A DNA stretch of 64,000 bases from Octopus vulgaris. Its lineage: Eukaryota. Below are positions 1-13,685 of this stretch, piece by piece. Made by a program: the position numbers and the translations under genes. Under the pieces are notes generated by a model. That model did not search any database, was not told the DNA's origin, and saw only the letters and a program-made list of their open reading frames with translations. The stretch's first letter is position 1. Every line of letters begins with the position of its first letter. The stretch is from NCBI GenBank assembly GCA_951406725.2, contig OX597824.1, positions 45,322,001-45,386,000 of the forward strand, given 5' to 3'.

Positions 1-881
1 TCTGGTGCTGCTACACCAGTCATTGGGTGCTGCTACACCACTCTTTCATAAACTACCTGATTTACAATGCGGGTGACAAGACCATAACCCACACTGCCCG
101 ATATTTTAAGCATCTCAGCGGTGATTCCTGATGGGCTAGGTACTTTCCCTGTCTTCATATCCTTAATTGCTTTATCTCCTAGGGTACTGTTGATTCAGGT
201 AGATGGTCCCTCAATTGGGTCAATCTTTGGCAGACTCTCCTCCTCCCATTCATTCTCCACATTCAGCAGTCTTTCATAATGGCATCTCCAAACCTCTTTC
301 TTTGCAGAATCATTAAGCACAAGGGCACCATCCATGCGGACACATTTCTCTCCTATGACATCATGGTTTTCTCTCACACACTGTCTTGCAATCTGAAATA
401 CTTCAGTTCTTTGGTCCTAACATTGCTGAACATTGGCAAACTTCTTTTCTCCTACTCCCTTGGCTTTATATACCTGTCTCCTAGCTTCCCTTTTGGCTAT
501 ATGATACATTCTCTTGCTACCCCAACTCTTCCAGGCATTCCAAGCCTGGTTCTTTGCTCTAATGGCCCTGTCTCAAGTATTGTTCCACTACCTTGTTACC
601 TTAGGTCTGGAAGGGACTTTGCACCAGCCACAGATTTGGTCTGTGGTGCTCAGCAAGCTGTCTCGCAGGAATTCACAGCTGCCTTCTATGTCACAGGACT
701 GTAGCTCCTCCCTATCATCAAATTTTTCAGTAAGGATATCCCTAAATCTCTGACCATGTGAAGGGTTCTTAAGCTTCCAAGTCTTTCTTTTCCAGATTGG
801 TCTGCTTTTTGGCATCCTTCTGGCCTTGAGTCTAAAGTCACTAATAACTAGTCTATGCTGGGGGGGGGGTACTTTCTTCAC
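1..881 (-). mobile_element. RTE-clade LINE fragment (end of APE domain, linker, start of RT region), decayed; continues beyond window start
   Basis: Minus-strand peptides 'QHRLVISDFRL...WKLKNPSHGQRFRDIL...CGWCKVPSRPKVT' and 'RENHDVIGEKCVRMDGAL...WRCHYERLLNVENEW'; closely similar to the element at 63004-63300; stops and frameshifts present. Confidence 0.85.
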
Positions 882-899
882 AAGAGATGGTCTTTTTCA

Positions 900-2120
900 T
901 CAGTCCATTCTCACCACCTCCATCCACTACAAACACACAGTGCTCTTCCCACTCTAAACACACCAAGCTCTCCATCCCCTATTCCCAATTCCTCCATTTG
1001 TACAGGCTCTGCAGTAGCAACCATGACTTTGAGGCTCAGTCTCAACTCATGATTCGCCACTTAATCCTACGTGGATATCCCCTCACCACTATCCACACCA
1101 CCCTTGCCAGAACACGTTCTGTGGACTGTGCGTCTGCTCTCTCTCCCCCTCACTTGCCACGCCATCTCCTGTTTCCCCTCACCTATCATCCCTCCACCCT
1201 ACCTCTCCAATGTACCATTCTCTGAGCCTTCCGGCAACTCCTGTCTGACTCCTTCACTTCACACATCTTCCCTAACTGACCCCTCCCTTCCTTCAAATGA
1301 GCCCACAACCTACATGACTTCCTGGTCCACAGTTTCTTCCCTAATCCAACCTCCCAGCCTGGCTCGTTCCCCTGCTCCTGCTCACGCTGCCGCACTTGCT
1401 CTTACGTCTCCAATACCACCATCCTCACCGGCACCCATCATTGATCCTATCATATCACTGATGCCTTTACCTACACTTCTAGCAATGTCATCTACTGCAT
1501 CTCCTGCTTTCTCTGTACATTGGTCAAATGGGACGCTGCTTGGTTGACCGGTTCGCAGAACACTTCCCATCCCATCCCACTCCCACCTCATCCTACACAT
1601 TCCACTTCCACATACCCCACCCACCCTCACACCCACTCCCACATACCCTACACCCACCCACACCCCAGACTAGCATCCTCCACACCCCAACACTACACCA
1701 CCACACCACATCACACCACCCTGCACACACTAGCACTGACCGCTTCCCAGTACCCACACCATCATCCACACACCTACATATACATACACGCACACATCAA
1801 GGTCACCAGCTCCTATCCACATGCACATACATGCTCTCACGCATGCGCACCTTCGTTTTGGGATCACCACTACTTTTCTTATCTCCCCTTCTTCCCAGCT
1901 CTACTGTCTGACTACCTCTGTCTGGCATTCGCCACGACTGATCACTAGCCACTAAACCTTTTTTATTTTCTCCCTCTGTTTATTTCTGTGTTCCTTTCTA
2001 TTGAAGAGCATAGGATCGAAATGTAAAAGACTTCCTCACATCCTGAGCATTAAACTAATACATCTGTTTGTTGTTTACACACCCATTGTCGTCTTTTTTT
2101 GTCTTTTTTCATAAATTCCA
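900..2120 (+). mobile_element. Penelope-like element 3' fragment (RT thumb + GIY-YIG endonuclease) with CA-rich tract and tail
   Basis: Frameshifted translation HTKLSIPYSQFL..LCSSNHDF..LILRGYP..FPLTYHP..GSFPCSCSRCRTC..SSNVIYCISC..GQMGRCLVDRFAEH, matching the PLE Cys motif plus GIY-YIG; degenerate HHR-like motif at about 1994-2029. Confidence 0.8.
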
Positions 2121-2399
2121 ATATATATATATGTATGTGTGTGTATAAAATACACTGCTTTATTTTGAGATTGCTAGTGTTAACAATACTTGCAATAGTG
2201 TAATAGGTATGATTTGAACTTAAATAACTAATGTCATAAAAACATGGGAATAAAATTAAAAGTGCAATAATGGGTTAGTCTGGGTTGAACTTAGCACATA
2301 CCATTACCATAGTCTTCTGATTATATGCTAATTAGATAATATTAGATAACTATAAAGGTTGGTAAGCACAATGTCTTAATTTTTTTGAGTGGCTGACAT

Positions 2400-4870
2400 T
2401 TTCTTAGTCTCTTGTTGTGTGAACGGTTTTCCAGTGCTTCCTGTGGGATTGTACATTGTTACGGTGAGTTGCTGTGGTTTTGCAATTTTGTTGAAGAACT
2501 GTTTATTGCTTTGCTGAAGTGACTTGTTGTCAGTTAGCCCCTGTGAGGAAATTATTGCTGAACTGTGTGGCTTTGAGCCATTTCTGTGGGACGTAAGTCC
2601 AAATTTAGTTTGTGTGTTTGGCGTTTAGCCTTGTGTTTGACAAAACAAAACTATGGCGTTACCAGAAGACTCACCAGTAATTTTGAATATGCCTGTTTTG
2701 ACAGGTGAAGTCTCACCGGCGGTGTCGCCAAAACTGCTGAACTTCACGGCGGCAGCTGGTAAGAAGGAAATAACAGTAAATACAGGCAAGAAAAACTTGG
2801 AACAATTCATGGCAATGTTAAAGAGGGGGGGGGGACAGAAATACAAGCGTTCCCTCCCAAAGAAACATTGGAAGAAGTAGAAAAAAATGAATCATATATA
2901 AGACCTATTATGTGGAAAAGAAAAAAATCGATAGAATAGAGGAAAAATGTCTTAGACCAATATGGTCAGATATATCATTTTTAACGAGGAAAAAATTTGG
3001 AACAGTGGAAGTGAGATTTATATCTGAGGAAGTAGCCAGGCGGCACTCAGAAATGTTACGAAGTGAGGAGGTGGTTCTTCTCCCCATATATATGGGAAGA
3101 AGAACATCAAAAGTTTGAATAACAAATATTCCTCCTGAATTAGATGCTGCCTGGCTAGTGGTGGCAATAATAATGGACCTGGAGGAAAAAAATTACCATC
3201 TCCCAGGCAACAGTGGTAGAGGAAGTTAACTGGAAGGGACAAGTTCTAAACATGCTCATCCAAGCAGAAGTCCCCACACTGGAAGAAATTCCAGAAGTAA
3301 TAACCTGGAAAGAAGAAAGACTTATCGTTGTCGTAGAAGGATGATCGCCCAGATGCTTCAACTGCGGATTGAAAGGCCATATAAGGACCGAATGTAAACC
3401 TGCAAAGAAGGTGCAACAAGAGGGCCTCTGTATGAGCCCCTTGCGTGAAGACAAAGAAGCAGAAGAAACTACTACAGATACAACACCAAATGAAACGACA
3501 CCTGAACAAGAGGAGGAGAGAAAAGAAAAGGACGAAGACAAAAAGGAGGGGTGGTCATCTGTAATTAAAAAGCAGAAGAAAACAACAATACAGACCACAT
3601 CTTCCAAACTGAGCTTTAAAAAAAAAGAACGAAAAAATAATAATAACAATGACATTATATGGCTATTAATGTCTCAAATAATAGACTCATTAACCGTTTG
3701 GCAGTCATTTCATCAGCCAAATGGATAGAGAATATCACATCAAAAGACTTTTTTATTTACAGGATAGGCTGGAAGGATTACGGACAGATAAAGTTCGAAC
3801 TTTTTCATGATGTAGGTCCTCTCAGGATGGACTATTGCCCTTACATTTATGAGGGTCTATGTATAAAAAGCCTCACGAGCCCAAGAGAAAGGAAATAGAG
3901 GAAGGAGATTCCTCCTTGAACCATTGACCGGAGGTAAGTAGTGTCACCCATTCATGTAGGCTGTATAAATGTGCATGGCCTGGTGTCAGGTTGGAAGCAA
4001 GGTTGCTTCCTTAATTACATCAGGTTGCGTAATTTGGAAAAAGTTAATTTTTTCAGATGCAGAAGGTAGCCTGGTCATCATGGACTTGACATTCAGCCGT
4101 GGTAAAGTTATCAGACTGGTTGCAATTTATGTACCCACACCAACTGGGCAAAGCGAATATTTTCGGAATCTGGAAAAGTTTCTTGGTACATCACATTCTT
4201 TAGTTGTGCTAGGAGACTATAACACAATCTGCAAGGCACATGTAGATTATGTTGGCTTGTGTACAGATAGAAAAAGTAATCCTTGCTTCCTGGAACTGCT
4301 AAGCCACTTTGAGCTAGCAGATCCTTATAGGTTGGAATTTCCGAACACTCCATTGTGGACCTGGTCAAATAGCGACGGATCTTCTAGGTCATACCTAGAT
4401 AGAGTGTTAATTAGAAAAGCAGATAGAAATATAGCTAGGTGTCCACAGTTACACCCAGTCAGCTACAGTGATCATAAAATGGTCTGGAAACTTAATACGT
4501 CCCTTTTGGCAATTAAGGAGTGCAGAGACCGGATTAAGTTGTTGATTTAGAGGGCATTAACCTGTTCCATTATTAATAATAAATGGTGGTATGCCCTCAA
4601 GCGAGTCATTAAATTTGAGTTTATTAGATATAACACAGGTTTAGTGGCTAGAGAGGCTAGGAGGAAATCAGTTTTTGTTAAGGATTTAGAGGAAGCAATG
4701 AACACTGGCTCTGCAGCTCAGGTGAAGGCCAAGAGACTGGTGTTAAACCAGCACCTCGAAGCCAGACACATTGGTTGCATTGTCAGGACTAGGCTTTGTG
4801 CAGTGGGTTGTGAGGGAATCAAGGCCACAAGATGGGCCTGAGTGGTGGCCCATCACTTGTAATTTTATAA
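2400..4870 (+). mobile_element. Tx1/L1-clade LINE, 3'-truncated and decayed (ORF1 with CCHC knuckle; ORF2 APE endonuclease)
   Basis: ORF1 remnant PRCFNCGLKGHIRTEC (about 3348-3395); ORF2 remnant 3969-4550 with IRLVAIYVP, VLGDYN, SYLDRVLI, SYSDHKMV and WKLNTSLL motifs; RT absent. Confidence 0.8.
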
Positions 4871-5891
4871 TAATTTTGTCCTTCATATTTTCATTTTTTT
4901 TTTCCAAATTTTTCTGATTGTCTCCCCTACCCCAGGCTAGTTTTTGAGTAAGGTAGCTATCTTGAATACACTGGCCAGTCTTGTCTGTGATCGATGTTTT
5001 TTCCTTGTTAAGTTCTCTTTGGTTTTCTCTGCTTGCATGTACATTTTTACTTAAATATTGTAACTTTTTTCAAACACAGTCTTGCCTATCACTTTTAGCC
5101 TCATGTAAAATATATTTTTTCGTTTTTCAATATCATCATCATCATCATCATCATCGTTTAGCGTCCGTTTTCCATGCTAGCATGGGTTGGACGGGTCAAC
5201 TGGGACTTGTCCACCTGTTACATTATATTCTACTATACACACATGGCCCTGTTTATTATACTTTGTCTTGACTTGTTACCATTTTTTAAAACATAACTGT
5301 TAGATTTTTATTCTTATTTTTACGTTATAGTTTACTTCACATTTAGATGTGCATACACATTGATATGTCTTTTTTTTTCTTTCGTCTCTCTTACTATTAA
5401 TTATTACTGTTATTTTTTACCCTTTTACAACTTGCTTGTAAATACCAGATTTTTTTCCTATTACCCTATTTGTATCCCCCCTTATTGTATCTTATTTTAA
5501 TTTACTTTATTTTATTAAACCTTTTTTGATGTCCTTACAAAAATTCCTCACACTGATAAAAATGACAACACATAAATTTAATTATAATTACTATGGTTAT
5601 AAATTTATTCTTACATATTTGTATTGTCCTTTGAAACACACATATGTATTGAATCCTATTTTGTATTAAATCTAATTTTGATGCAACATCTTTTTCTTCT
5701 CTATTTTTCTATAATTTTTTTATGGTATATTTATACCTATAACGATATTTTCCAACTACTATTTTCATATGCTTATTACTTTCTCTGGCTGTTTTTTATA
5801 AATATGATGAATCTTTATTAGAAATCATTCTTGCTCTCTTTTTGGACTTCTCAAAAAGTTTGAATTGTTCTCTTTTGAACTTATTTTTTCC

Positions 5892-5944
<53 letters not shown>

Positions 5945-6047
5945 CGGTACAAAACATTCAATAATATCGAAGCAGTAACTTTCATAAATCAGGGTATAAT
6001 TTTTTAAGGCTCTTTCTGAACCCAGTCAATAATGAGTATTTCTGCTA

Positions 6048-6087
<40 letters not shown>

Positions 6088-7789
6088 AAATGAATAATAA
6101 TAGATGAGTGTACAGGTACTAATCCCTTATGACCGTTTCTACCATGAGGCAAGAAAAACTTCCAAGTTATCTTCATCACGTCAGTGATATACAAGGATGA
6201 ACAGACATTGGACAGGATTTGGATAATAGGCTTCTTTGGAGGGTCCGATTGTTAGGGAACTAATGTGTGCAAGTCAGTTAAAAAATAGAGTTGGGTAAAA
6301 TAAAATAATGTGATAGACATAGTAAGGAAAGGTAAAGTAAGGACTTCAGTTAAGATGTTAATATAATCCATGGTATTCCATCCTGTGGTAAGTAGATGAA
6401 TAAAGTCACACTCAAGAGGAATTTCTGCAGGCTGTGGTTTACATCATGTTTTCATTGTACTGGGGGAAATAGCAAGGGTAGTATGTTATGTGGTGAGTTT
6501 AATGGTTTGGTCCATGTTACAGTGGTTAAAGGTTAGATGCTAACTGCTATTTACTAGATATAGCATTATAAATGGAGTTGGCAGAAATAACTTAGATTAA
6601 ACCCATTATGAAAGAAAATTGGGTGAAGCCTAAATGCGATGCTAATATTAATTACTTCTTGACTGAAACCTAATCCCCAAACCCCCATATGTAAGGATGG
6701 GGCAGAGTCAATCTTACAACCTAATTGGTCAGCTAATATTTAAAAACAATGGTGTTGTTCAAGTCCGTTAGGGCTATCACTGAATTCCAAGACCAGTAAA
6801 ACAAAAGTATAAAAATAAAATAAAAATATAGATAATACAAATTCAAATATCAATATAAGAATATTTCAGACATGATGGAAGGGCCAAAGAAAGTACTTAT
6901 GGATAAGTGAATAGTGTTTTATTTGAATATATCTGAGATACATATCTAATTAATAACAAATTCCAGGGTAGCAAAAAAAATTTAGAAAATTTCTTTGCTA
7001 CCAGTGGTCTAGCAAGAAGAAAAAACTAGTCAATAGACAATATATTATTCATATAAAAATTCAGTGTACATTTAAACACATAAGAGATGGCCATAACAGG
7101 ACATCTGACCTGCTAGAAAGAGTAGTTAAACTCCAAACAACTATTAGGGGTAATTTCAAAAGGGAATGAAAAATAAAAACATTTACATTTCCTGTACCAT
7201 GGTTTCAAGCTATCTTCACCAAATAAAATAATTTACAAGACGAAGCTCTCATCAGCAGGAAAGCCAAGATTAACATATAAAGACAAGGTGATACAGAACA
7301 TGCCTTGTGTTTACATGTTATAATTTTTCAAAATCCACCATTTCGTATGATACTTGAGTCTGAAAGCATGTTGCACAGCCACAACACTGTTTGATCTTGC
7401 AGATTCCAGTACACATTAGCTGCATTGCTGTGGGGTGGTAGCCATTTTTAGATATCCTTGCACCCCTGTAGTTTTCAGGTCAAAGATATCTAATCACCTG
7501 GAAAAATTGAAATAACTGTTGTTAGAGAATCAGTTTACAACATGTTTATCAATATATTTGAACTTTTTAAATATCATAACACCATGAAATCAGGGAGTGT
7601 TTTTGTGGACACCTTGTATATGTATGTATATATGTATGTATGCATGTATGTGTATGTATATGTATGTATTTATGTATGTATGTATGTATGTATGTGTATG
7701 CATGCATATCTATGCATGTATGTATGTGTATATGTGTTTGTATATATATATATGTATGTATATGTATGTATGTATATATATCTACATAC

Positions 7790-7860
<71 letters not shown>

Positions 7861-7902
7861 TCATCATCATCATCATCATCATCATATATATATATATATA
7901 TA

Positions 7903-8753
7903 TAGGGTGTAATGAATAAATTGTCATCTAAATTATGCAAAAATGAAAATGATACTGACGTCTCATTTTAACAGATATATTTACCTAAATTACATAAATA
8001 CCAAAGAGTAAATTTACTCAATAAAATTGCCATTGGCTTCAACCACAGCCTCCAGACAACTTCAGAATCTCCGGCAACTCTTCCGGATGGTCTCCTTGCT
8101 TAAGTGGTGAATGCCGTCATAATCCTTGCCTTCAGTTCATCTTTGGTGTTACGAGGAGTTTTGTTGGTCTCTCACTCAACTGCATCCCACACATATTAAT
8201 CAAGAGAGTTGCATTCTGGGTGGCCAGATGTTAGGGGTGATGTGGTCGCAGAAATTGTCTGACAGCCAGACTGGGTTCTCTTACTTGTGTGGCATGGTGC
8301 AGAGTCCTGTTTCCAGACATAGAGTTTTCCAGCAGCCACTCTCTTGACCGGAGGCAGTACTACCTCCTCCAGGCACTTGATGTAGGTCTCCATGTTGAGT
8401 CTAAGGTTGTGTGGGAAGAAGAATGGAGGCATAACGTTGCCATCACTAGTGATCACTCCAAACACCATGATGTTGACTGGATGTTTGATTTTTATAACTC
8501 TCGGTGCATGTCCTCAGATTGACACCCAAACACTCTGAAATGTTCGTATTGGAGCTTCTGGCTGAATGCCAAGCAGTACAGCATGTAGTTTCCAAATTTC
8601 TGGCAGAGTGAACTGTGTCACGGTGCTGTTTTTCTCACAGACAGTGCCCAGCTGACCCTACTATACCGTGTAGTTGACAAAAATCAAAACCAAACAATGT
8701 GCATACATGAAATTAAAAATATAAAATGGTAACAATTTACCCATTGCACCCTG
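7903..8753 (-). mobile_element. Internally deleted Tc1/mariner-superfamily element (maT/DD37D-like)
   Basis: Imperfect TIRs (t/c)agggtgtaatgaataaattgt ... acaatttacccattgcaccctg in TA context; transposase remnant MVFGVITSDG...YVWKQDSAPCHTSK...ECNSLD. Confidence 0.75.
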
Positions 8754-9693
8754 TATATATGCTTGTGTGTGTGTGTACATATATATGTGTGTGTATATAT
8801 ATGTATGTACATATATATATATAAGCAGGTGTATATATGTATGTGTATATATGTATGTACATATATATATATATTTATATATATATGCATGTATATATAT
8901 ATATATATGTATGTATGTACATATACGTATGTTTATATCTATGTTATATATATGTGTGTGTGTATATGTATACATATGTATGTAATTGGAGAACTATGTC
9001 AGTATGTAAAATGTTGGATAAAGGAAGAGCGATGTATGCTAAACTAAAGAGAATTCTAAGAAAAGGAGAGCTAGCAGACACTAGTAATACAGATAACTGG
9101 AACAGTAATCTTTACCAATGTGTCCTTCTCTGTAAATCAGGCTATGTGACTATGTAAATCACCTGAAGGCCCATGAGAATCATTAGGCCCCACTACTTGT
9201 CCAGTCTGCAACAAGGCATGCAAGACCAGTCCTGGTTTATCACCAACATCAGCCACAACTAATGAAATTAATCCTGTGCAGACACAAGATCACGTTTATC
9301 GCCTGTCTAGTACCATGTCAATCATTGGCTGTACTGAAAAGCCATGTCTATGCACATGCAAAGATGAAAGTAAATCAGAAAAATCTGGCTGAATATGAGA
9401 TGGCTGTCATTTGATAAGATGCGGCAATCATCAATTCTATGTATATGTGCGGATATATATATATATATACACAAATTGAGATAGGGGTTGTAAATGCAAT
9501 CCTCCATGGAATAACATATATCCAATATACTGCTAATGAAGTACCCAACAAAGTTAATACATAAATGTTAAGAATTGCGATACAATTAATTCATTTATTG
9601 TATTATATGGGCAAAGGTAAAATGTTTTACCACAAATTCATAATCTGGTAATTGATATTTGATTTCGATGTATTTCTCCATTTTCTTATTTTG

Positions 9694-9737
<44 letters not shown>

Positions 9738-9779
9738 TAAATGTATGAATACATATATACATACATATATATATATATT

Positions 9780-9979
9780 CTTTTATTCGTTTCAGTCATT
9801 TGACTGCAGCCATGCTGGAGCACTGCCTTTAGTCGAACAGATTGACCCCAGCACTTATTCTTTGTAAACTTAGTACTTATTCTATCAGTCTCTTTTGCCA
9901 AACTTCTAAGTTATGGGGACATAAACACACCACCATCTGTTGTCAAGCGATGTTGGGGGGGACAAACATTCACTCACAA

Positions 9980-10031
<52 letters not shown>

Positions 10032-10188
10032 GATGGGCTTCTTTCAGTTTCCATTTACCAAATCCACTCACAAAGCTTTGGTTGGCCCAAGGCTATAGTA
10101 AAAGACACTTGTCCATGGTGCCACGCAGTGGGACTGAACTTGGAACCATGTGGTTGGTAAGCAAACTATGTACCACACAGCCACTGCT
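9780..10188 (-). mobile_element. tRNA-derived SINE, family A (abundant)
   Basis: Reverse complement of head gtggctgtgtggta...gttcagtcccactgcgtggcacc, central (TG)n and tail cagcatggctgcagtcaaatgactgaaac; same family as 12150, 19480 and 22731. Confidence 0.8.
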
Positions 10189-10554
10189 ATTTCCTTTAAG
10201 CATTGTGAGACTAATAACCAGGTGTAGAACTCAATATCTGTATACTTCAGAACGAAGTGTTAGGCAAGTATAAAATAGTAATAAGAAAATATAATGTCAA
10301 AGGAATAAATGATTAGCTTATGAACTTCATTAGGTTACAGCTGTTTCTGCTACAAGATGCAGTGGACTCCTATTTGAGCGCCTGAATAACACCTTAGAAC
10401 TTCATTGGAGCCTTGAATATGAATTGCAATTTATTTGGGAAAAAAATTCCATCATCATCATCAGTCAGCATCTACTTTCCATGCTGGTTTGGGTTATATA
10501 TATATGTATCATCATCATCGTTTAACATCCGATATATATATATATATATAATCA

Positions 10555-11375
10555 TCATTTAATGTCCATGCTGGTATGGATTGGGCAGTTTGACAGGAAC
10601 TGGTTAGCTGAAGAGCTACTCAGGCTGTATGTCTGTTTCTACAGTTGGATGCCCTTCCTAACATCAACCACTTTACAGAATGTACTGGGTGCTTTTACAC
10701 AGCACTGGCATGGGTGCTTTTACGTGGTACCAGTAAGGGTGTATTTTACATGGCACCGGTACCCATCAACCTGCAAGATTAGGAATACTCAAAAGAAGAG
10801 GGATGTGGAGGACATGCCTGTATGCAAGGACAATCATGATTTTACTTAGCTTGACATGTCTTCTCAACCACAGCAAAGTGCAGAAGTCTCGGTTCCCTGT
10901 CATTCACTCTGTGAGTTCCAGCATCTGAAGATCCTTTCTCAGCATTTCATCCTACATCTTCCTCTGTCTACTCCTTCTACATGTTCCCTCCAAAATTAGA
11001 GATTGCCACCTCTTGGTGCAACTGTCTTCAATCATATGCACTACATGACTGTACCAGCACAATCTTCTTTCTTGCACACTATATCTGATGCCTTGTATAT
11101 CCAATTTTTCTCTCAAATCACTTACATTCTGTCATATAAGCACACTGACATTACTCATTGAACAGAGCATATTGGTTTCATTTCTTTCAAGTCTTTGCAT
11201 GTCCTCAGTAGTCACAGCCCATGCCTCACTGCCATGCAGCATAGCTGTTTATACACAGGCATCATACAACCAGCCTGCTGAAGCAGAGGCCCTTTTTTAT
11301 CAACAGAGGGAGTAGCTCTCTGAACTTTTCCCAGCTTGTTCTTATTCTGGCAGCTATACTTTCAGAACACCCTAA
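10555..11375 (-). mobile_element. RTE LINE 3' end remnant
   Basis: Peptide GCSESIAARIRTSWEKFRELLPLL, homologous to 62658-62930; RTE 3' UTR ending in (GAT)n. Confidence 0.75.
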
Positions 11376-11400
11376 GTAATGGAAACTGTATATATATATA

Positions 11401-11452
<52 letters not shown>

Positions 11453-12149
11453 AAGCAACATGTAGGATTATCAAATCAAAGGTAAAAATTCTTAATAATG
11501 TTCCATGTCAAGCATAATTTTGGCTTCAACCAAATGCCCAGTAGTTGCGACTATTTCGAATTGAAGAACCTGATTTTCAATATTTATTTGCTATTAAAAA
11601 AGAGAGAGAGAAAGAAAAAATTCTGCTTTAAAAGATAAAACAACAACACTTAAATAAATGAAGAAAATTGGATAAATTGTAGGAGCACCTATTTCCAGCT
11701 AAGTTAAAACAATGCAATTTAATAAAGGATACAACCCAACTCTGGTGCTGTTTATATTTATAGCTTGAATCCTTGAGAGAGCTCAAACTCATATGTTTCT
11801 TACTCAGGAGGGGTAAGATTCATCTCTTATCTACTTAGAATTACTGAACCTGGGATTAAAACTAAGGAATCTCTGTCACTTATGGACATGTTTGTTATTT
11901 TACCATAAATATATATTATTTAAAAAGATTTACTCTTAGTGCTATAAACTATCAGCTATCACCAAGTTTTCTCTTTTTCTTTCTCTTGCCCTCTTCACAC
12001 CAATCTGCTACCACAAATGATATTGAAAACCTTATAATGTTGTACAAGAAGTTCACCATGCCAATAGTGGTGTTGCATATTTGAAACCCTTAGGTTCAAT
12101 AACCCTAGCTATTTATGATTTTCCTTCCATAGTTGCTCTTAATATTTCT

Positions 12150-12545
12150 ACAGATGTGACTGTGTGGTAAGAAGTTTGCTTCCTAACCACAGGGTTCTGG
12201 GTTCAAGTCCCACTGCATGGCACTTTGGGAAAGTGTTTTCTACTATAACCTCAGACAGACCAAAGCCTTGTGTGTGGATCTGATTGATGGAAACTGAACG
12301 AAGCCCGCTCTATATATGTGTGTGTGTTTTCCTTTGTGTCTGTGTTTGTCCCCCACCACTGCTTAATGACTGGTGTTGGTGTGTTTACATCACTGTAACT
12401 TAGTGGTTTGGTAAAAGAGACTGATAGAATAAGTACCAGGCTTCAAAAAAGAAGTATTAAGGTTGATATGCTTGACTAAAATACTTCAAAGTGGTGCCCC
12501 AGCATAGCCACAGTCTCATGACTGAAATGAGTAAAAGATAAGAGA
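12150..12545 (+). mobile_element. tRNA-derived SINE, family A
   Basis: Head tgtgactgtgtggtaagaagtttgc...gggttcaagtccc, CORE-like ctttgggaaagtg, tail ccccagcatagccacagtctcatgactgaaa. Confidence 0.75.
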
Positions 12546-12939
12546 TTAAGTAAATATCTTAATTTATGTCCTGGTAGTGATGAACACAAATTTAATATTA
12601 CCATCAATCAAATTCACTCACAAAGCATTGGTTGACTTCAGGGGTATAGTAGATGCTTACCCAAGGTATCATCCAGTGGGACTGAACCTAACATCATGTG
12701 ACTGTAAGGTGAACTTCTTAACCACACACCCATGCCTGTGCTTATGTGTAAGGGCAGCAAAAGTCATACTTGGGGATCAATGCTTTGTATTAATATATAT
12801 ACATATACAAATGTGTGTGTGTGTGTATAATTGACTATTAACACTATACTTTAGGAATGGCTTCAAGCCTCTTCATACCCAATTTTAAACCATGTCATTT
12901 CATTTATGTTACTAATCCTCTTTAGAAAACATGAATATT

Positions 12940-13137
12940 AGCTTCAAATTTTTAGCAAAAAGCCAGCAATTTTTTGGGAGGGGTTTGGTCAACTGGTACT
13001 TATTTTATTGACCCTGAAAGGATGAAAGACAAGGTCAAGCTGAGTGGAATTTGAACCTGGAATGTAAAGACAGATGACATTCCGCTAAAAATTTTACCTG
13101 GTGGGTGTGCTAACGATTCTATCAGCTTGCTGCCTTA
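12940..13137 (-). mobile_element. tRNA-derived SINE, family B (Meta-domain-like)
   Basis: Reverse complement of aaggcagcaagctgatagaatcgttagc...ctttcatcctttcagggtcaataaaataagtacc; same family as 30090 and 52760. Confidence 0.7.
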
Positions 13138-13494
13138 GTCTCTAGAAAATGTGAATATTACAAATGGTAATTTCCTTCCTGCTGTGAAACAGATCTAATC
13201 ACTTGATACTGGATTTTGCTGATATTTACAAATAGCAGAAAATGCAAACAATTGATGTTTGACTATGTTATTATATCTACATGTGAGATAAATTGCTTAT
13301 CAAGTTTTAAATATTTTCCTTCAACCTGTCTTAGTACTAAAATGAACCCTTTAGCATTTAATTCAGCCACATCTGGCTCATACATTCTATCTGTTTTATG
13401 TTAAAACTAACCAGATCCAACCACTCACACTTACCTTTTAATGTCATTCTAAAAATAAACAATCACACTTAACACTCACCACATAATATATCAT

Positions 13495-13685
13495 GAAACT
13501 ATCAAAAGCCTTCTCCAGGTCAATATATGCAAGGTAGAACAGTTTACTTTTAGCTAATATTTCTCCTGCAGTTGTTTCACCAACAAGAGGACATTAATAG
13601 TATCTTTTTCATTGGACCAAGTCAAATCGTCTTATCTAAATTAATTCTGTTCTTACTCAGTTGCACTGTAACTCTTGCAATCACA
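13495..13685 (-). mobile_element. Short RTE reverse-transcriptase remnant nested in a piggyBac-like MITE (about 13345-14917)
   Basis: Minus strand resembles QLQEKY...LA.IDLEKAFD; flanking termini aaccctttagcatt and aatgctaaaaggttaa. Confidence 0.5.

Noticed and set aside
1520-1948. His/Pro/Thr-rich ORFs
   Set aside because: Degenerate CA-rich low-complexity tract within the PLE remnant
7180-7618. Possible further Tc1/mariner fragment ending ...tttttgtggacaccttgta
   Set aside because: Only one TIR-like end and no convincing transposase motif could be read
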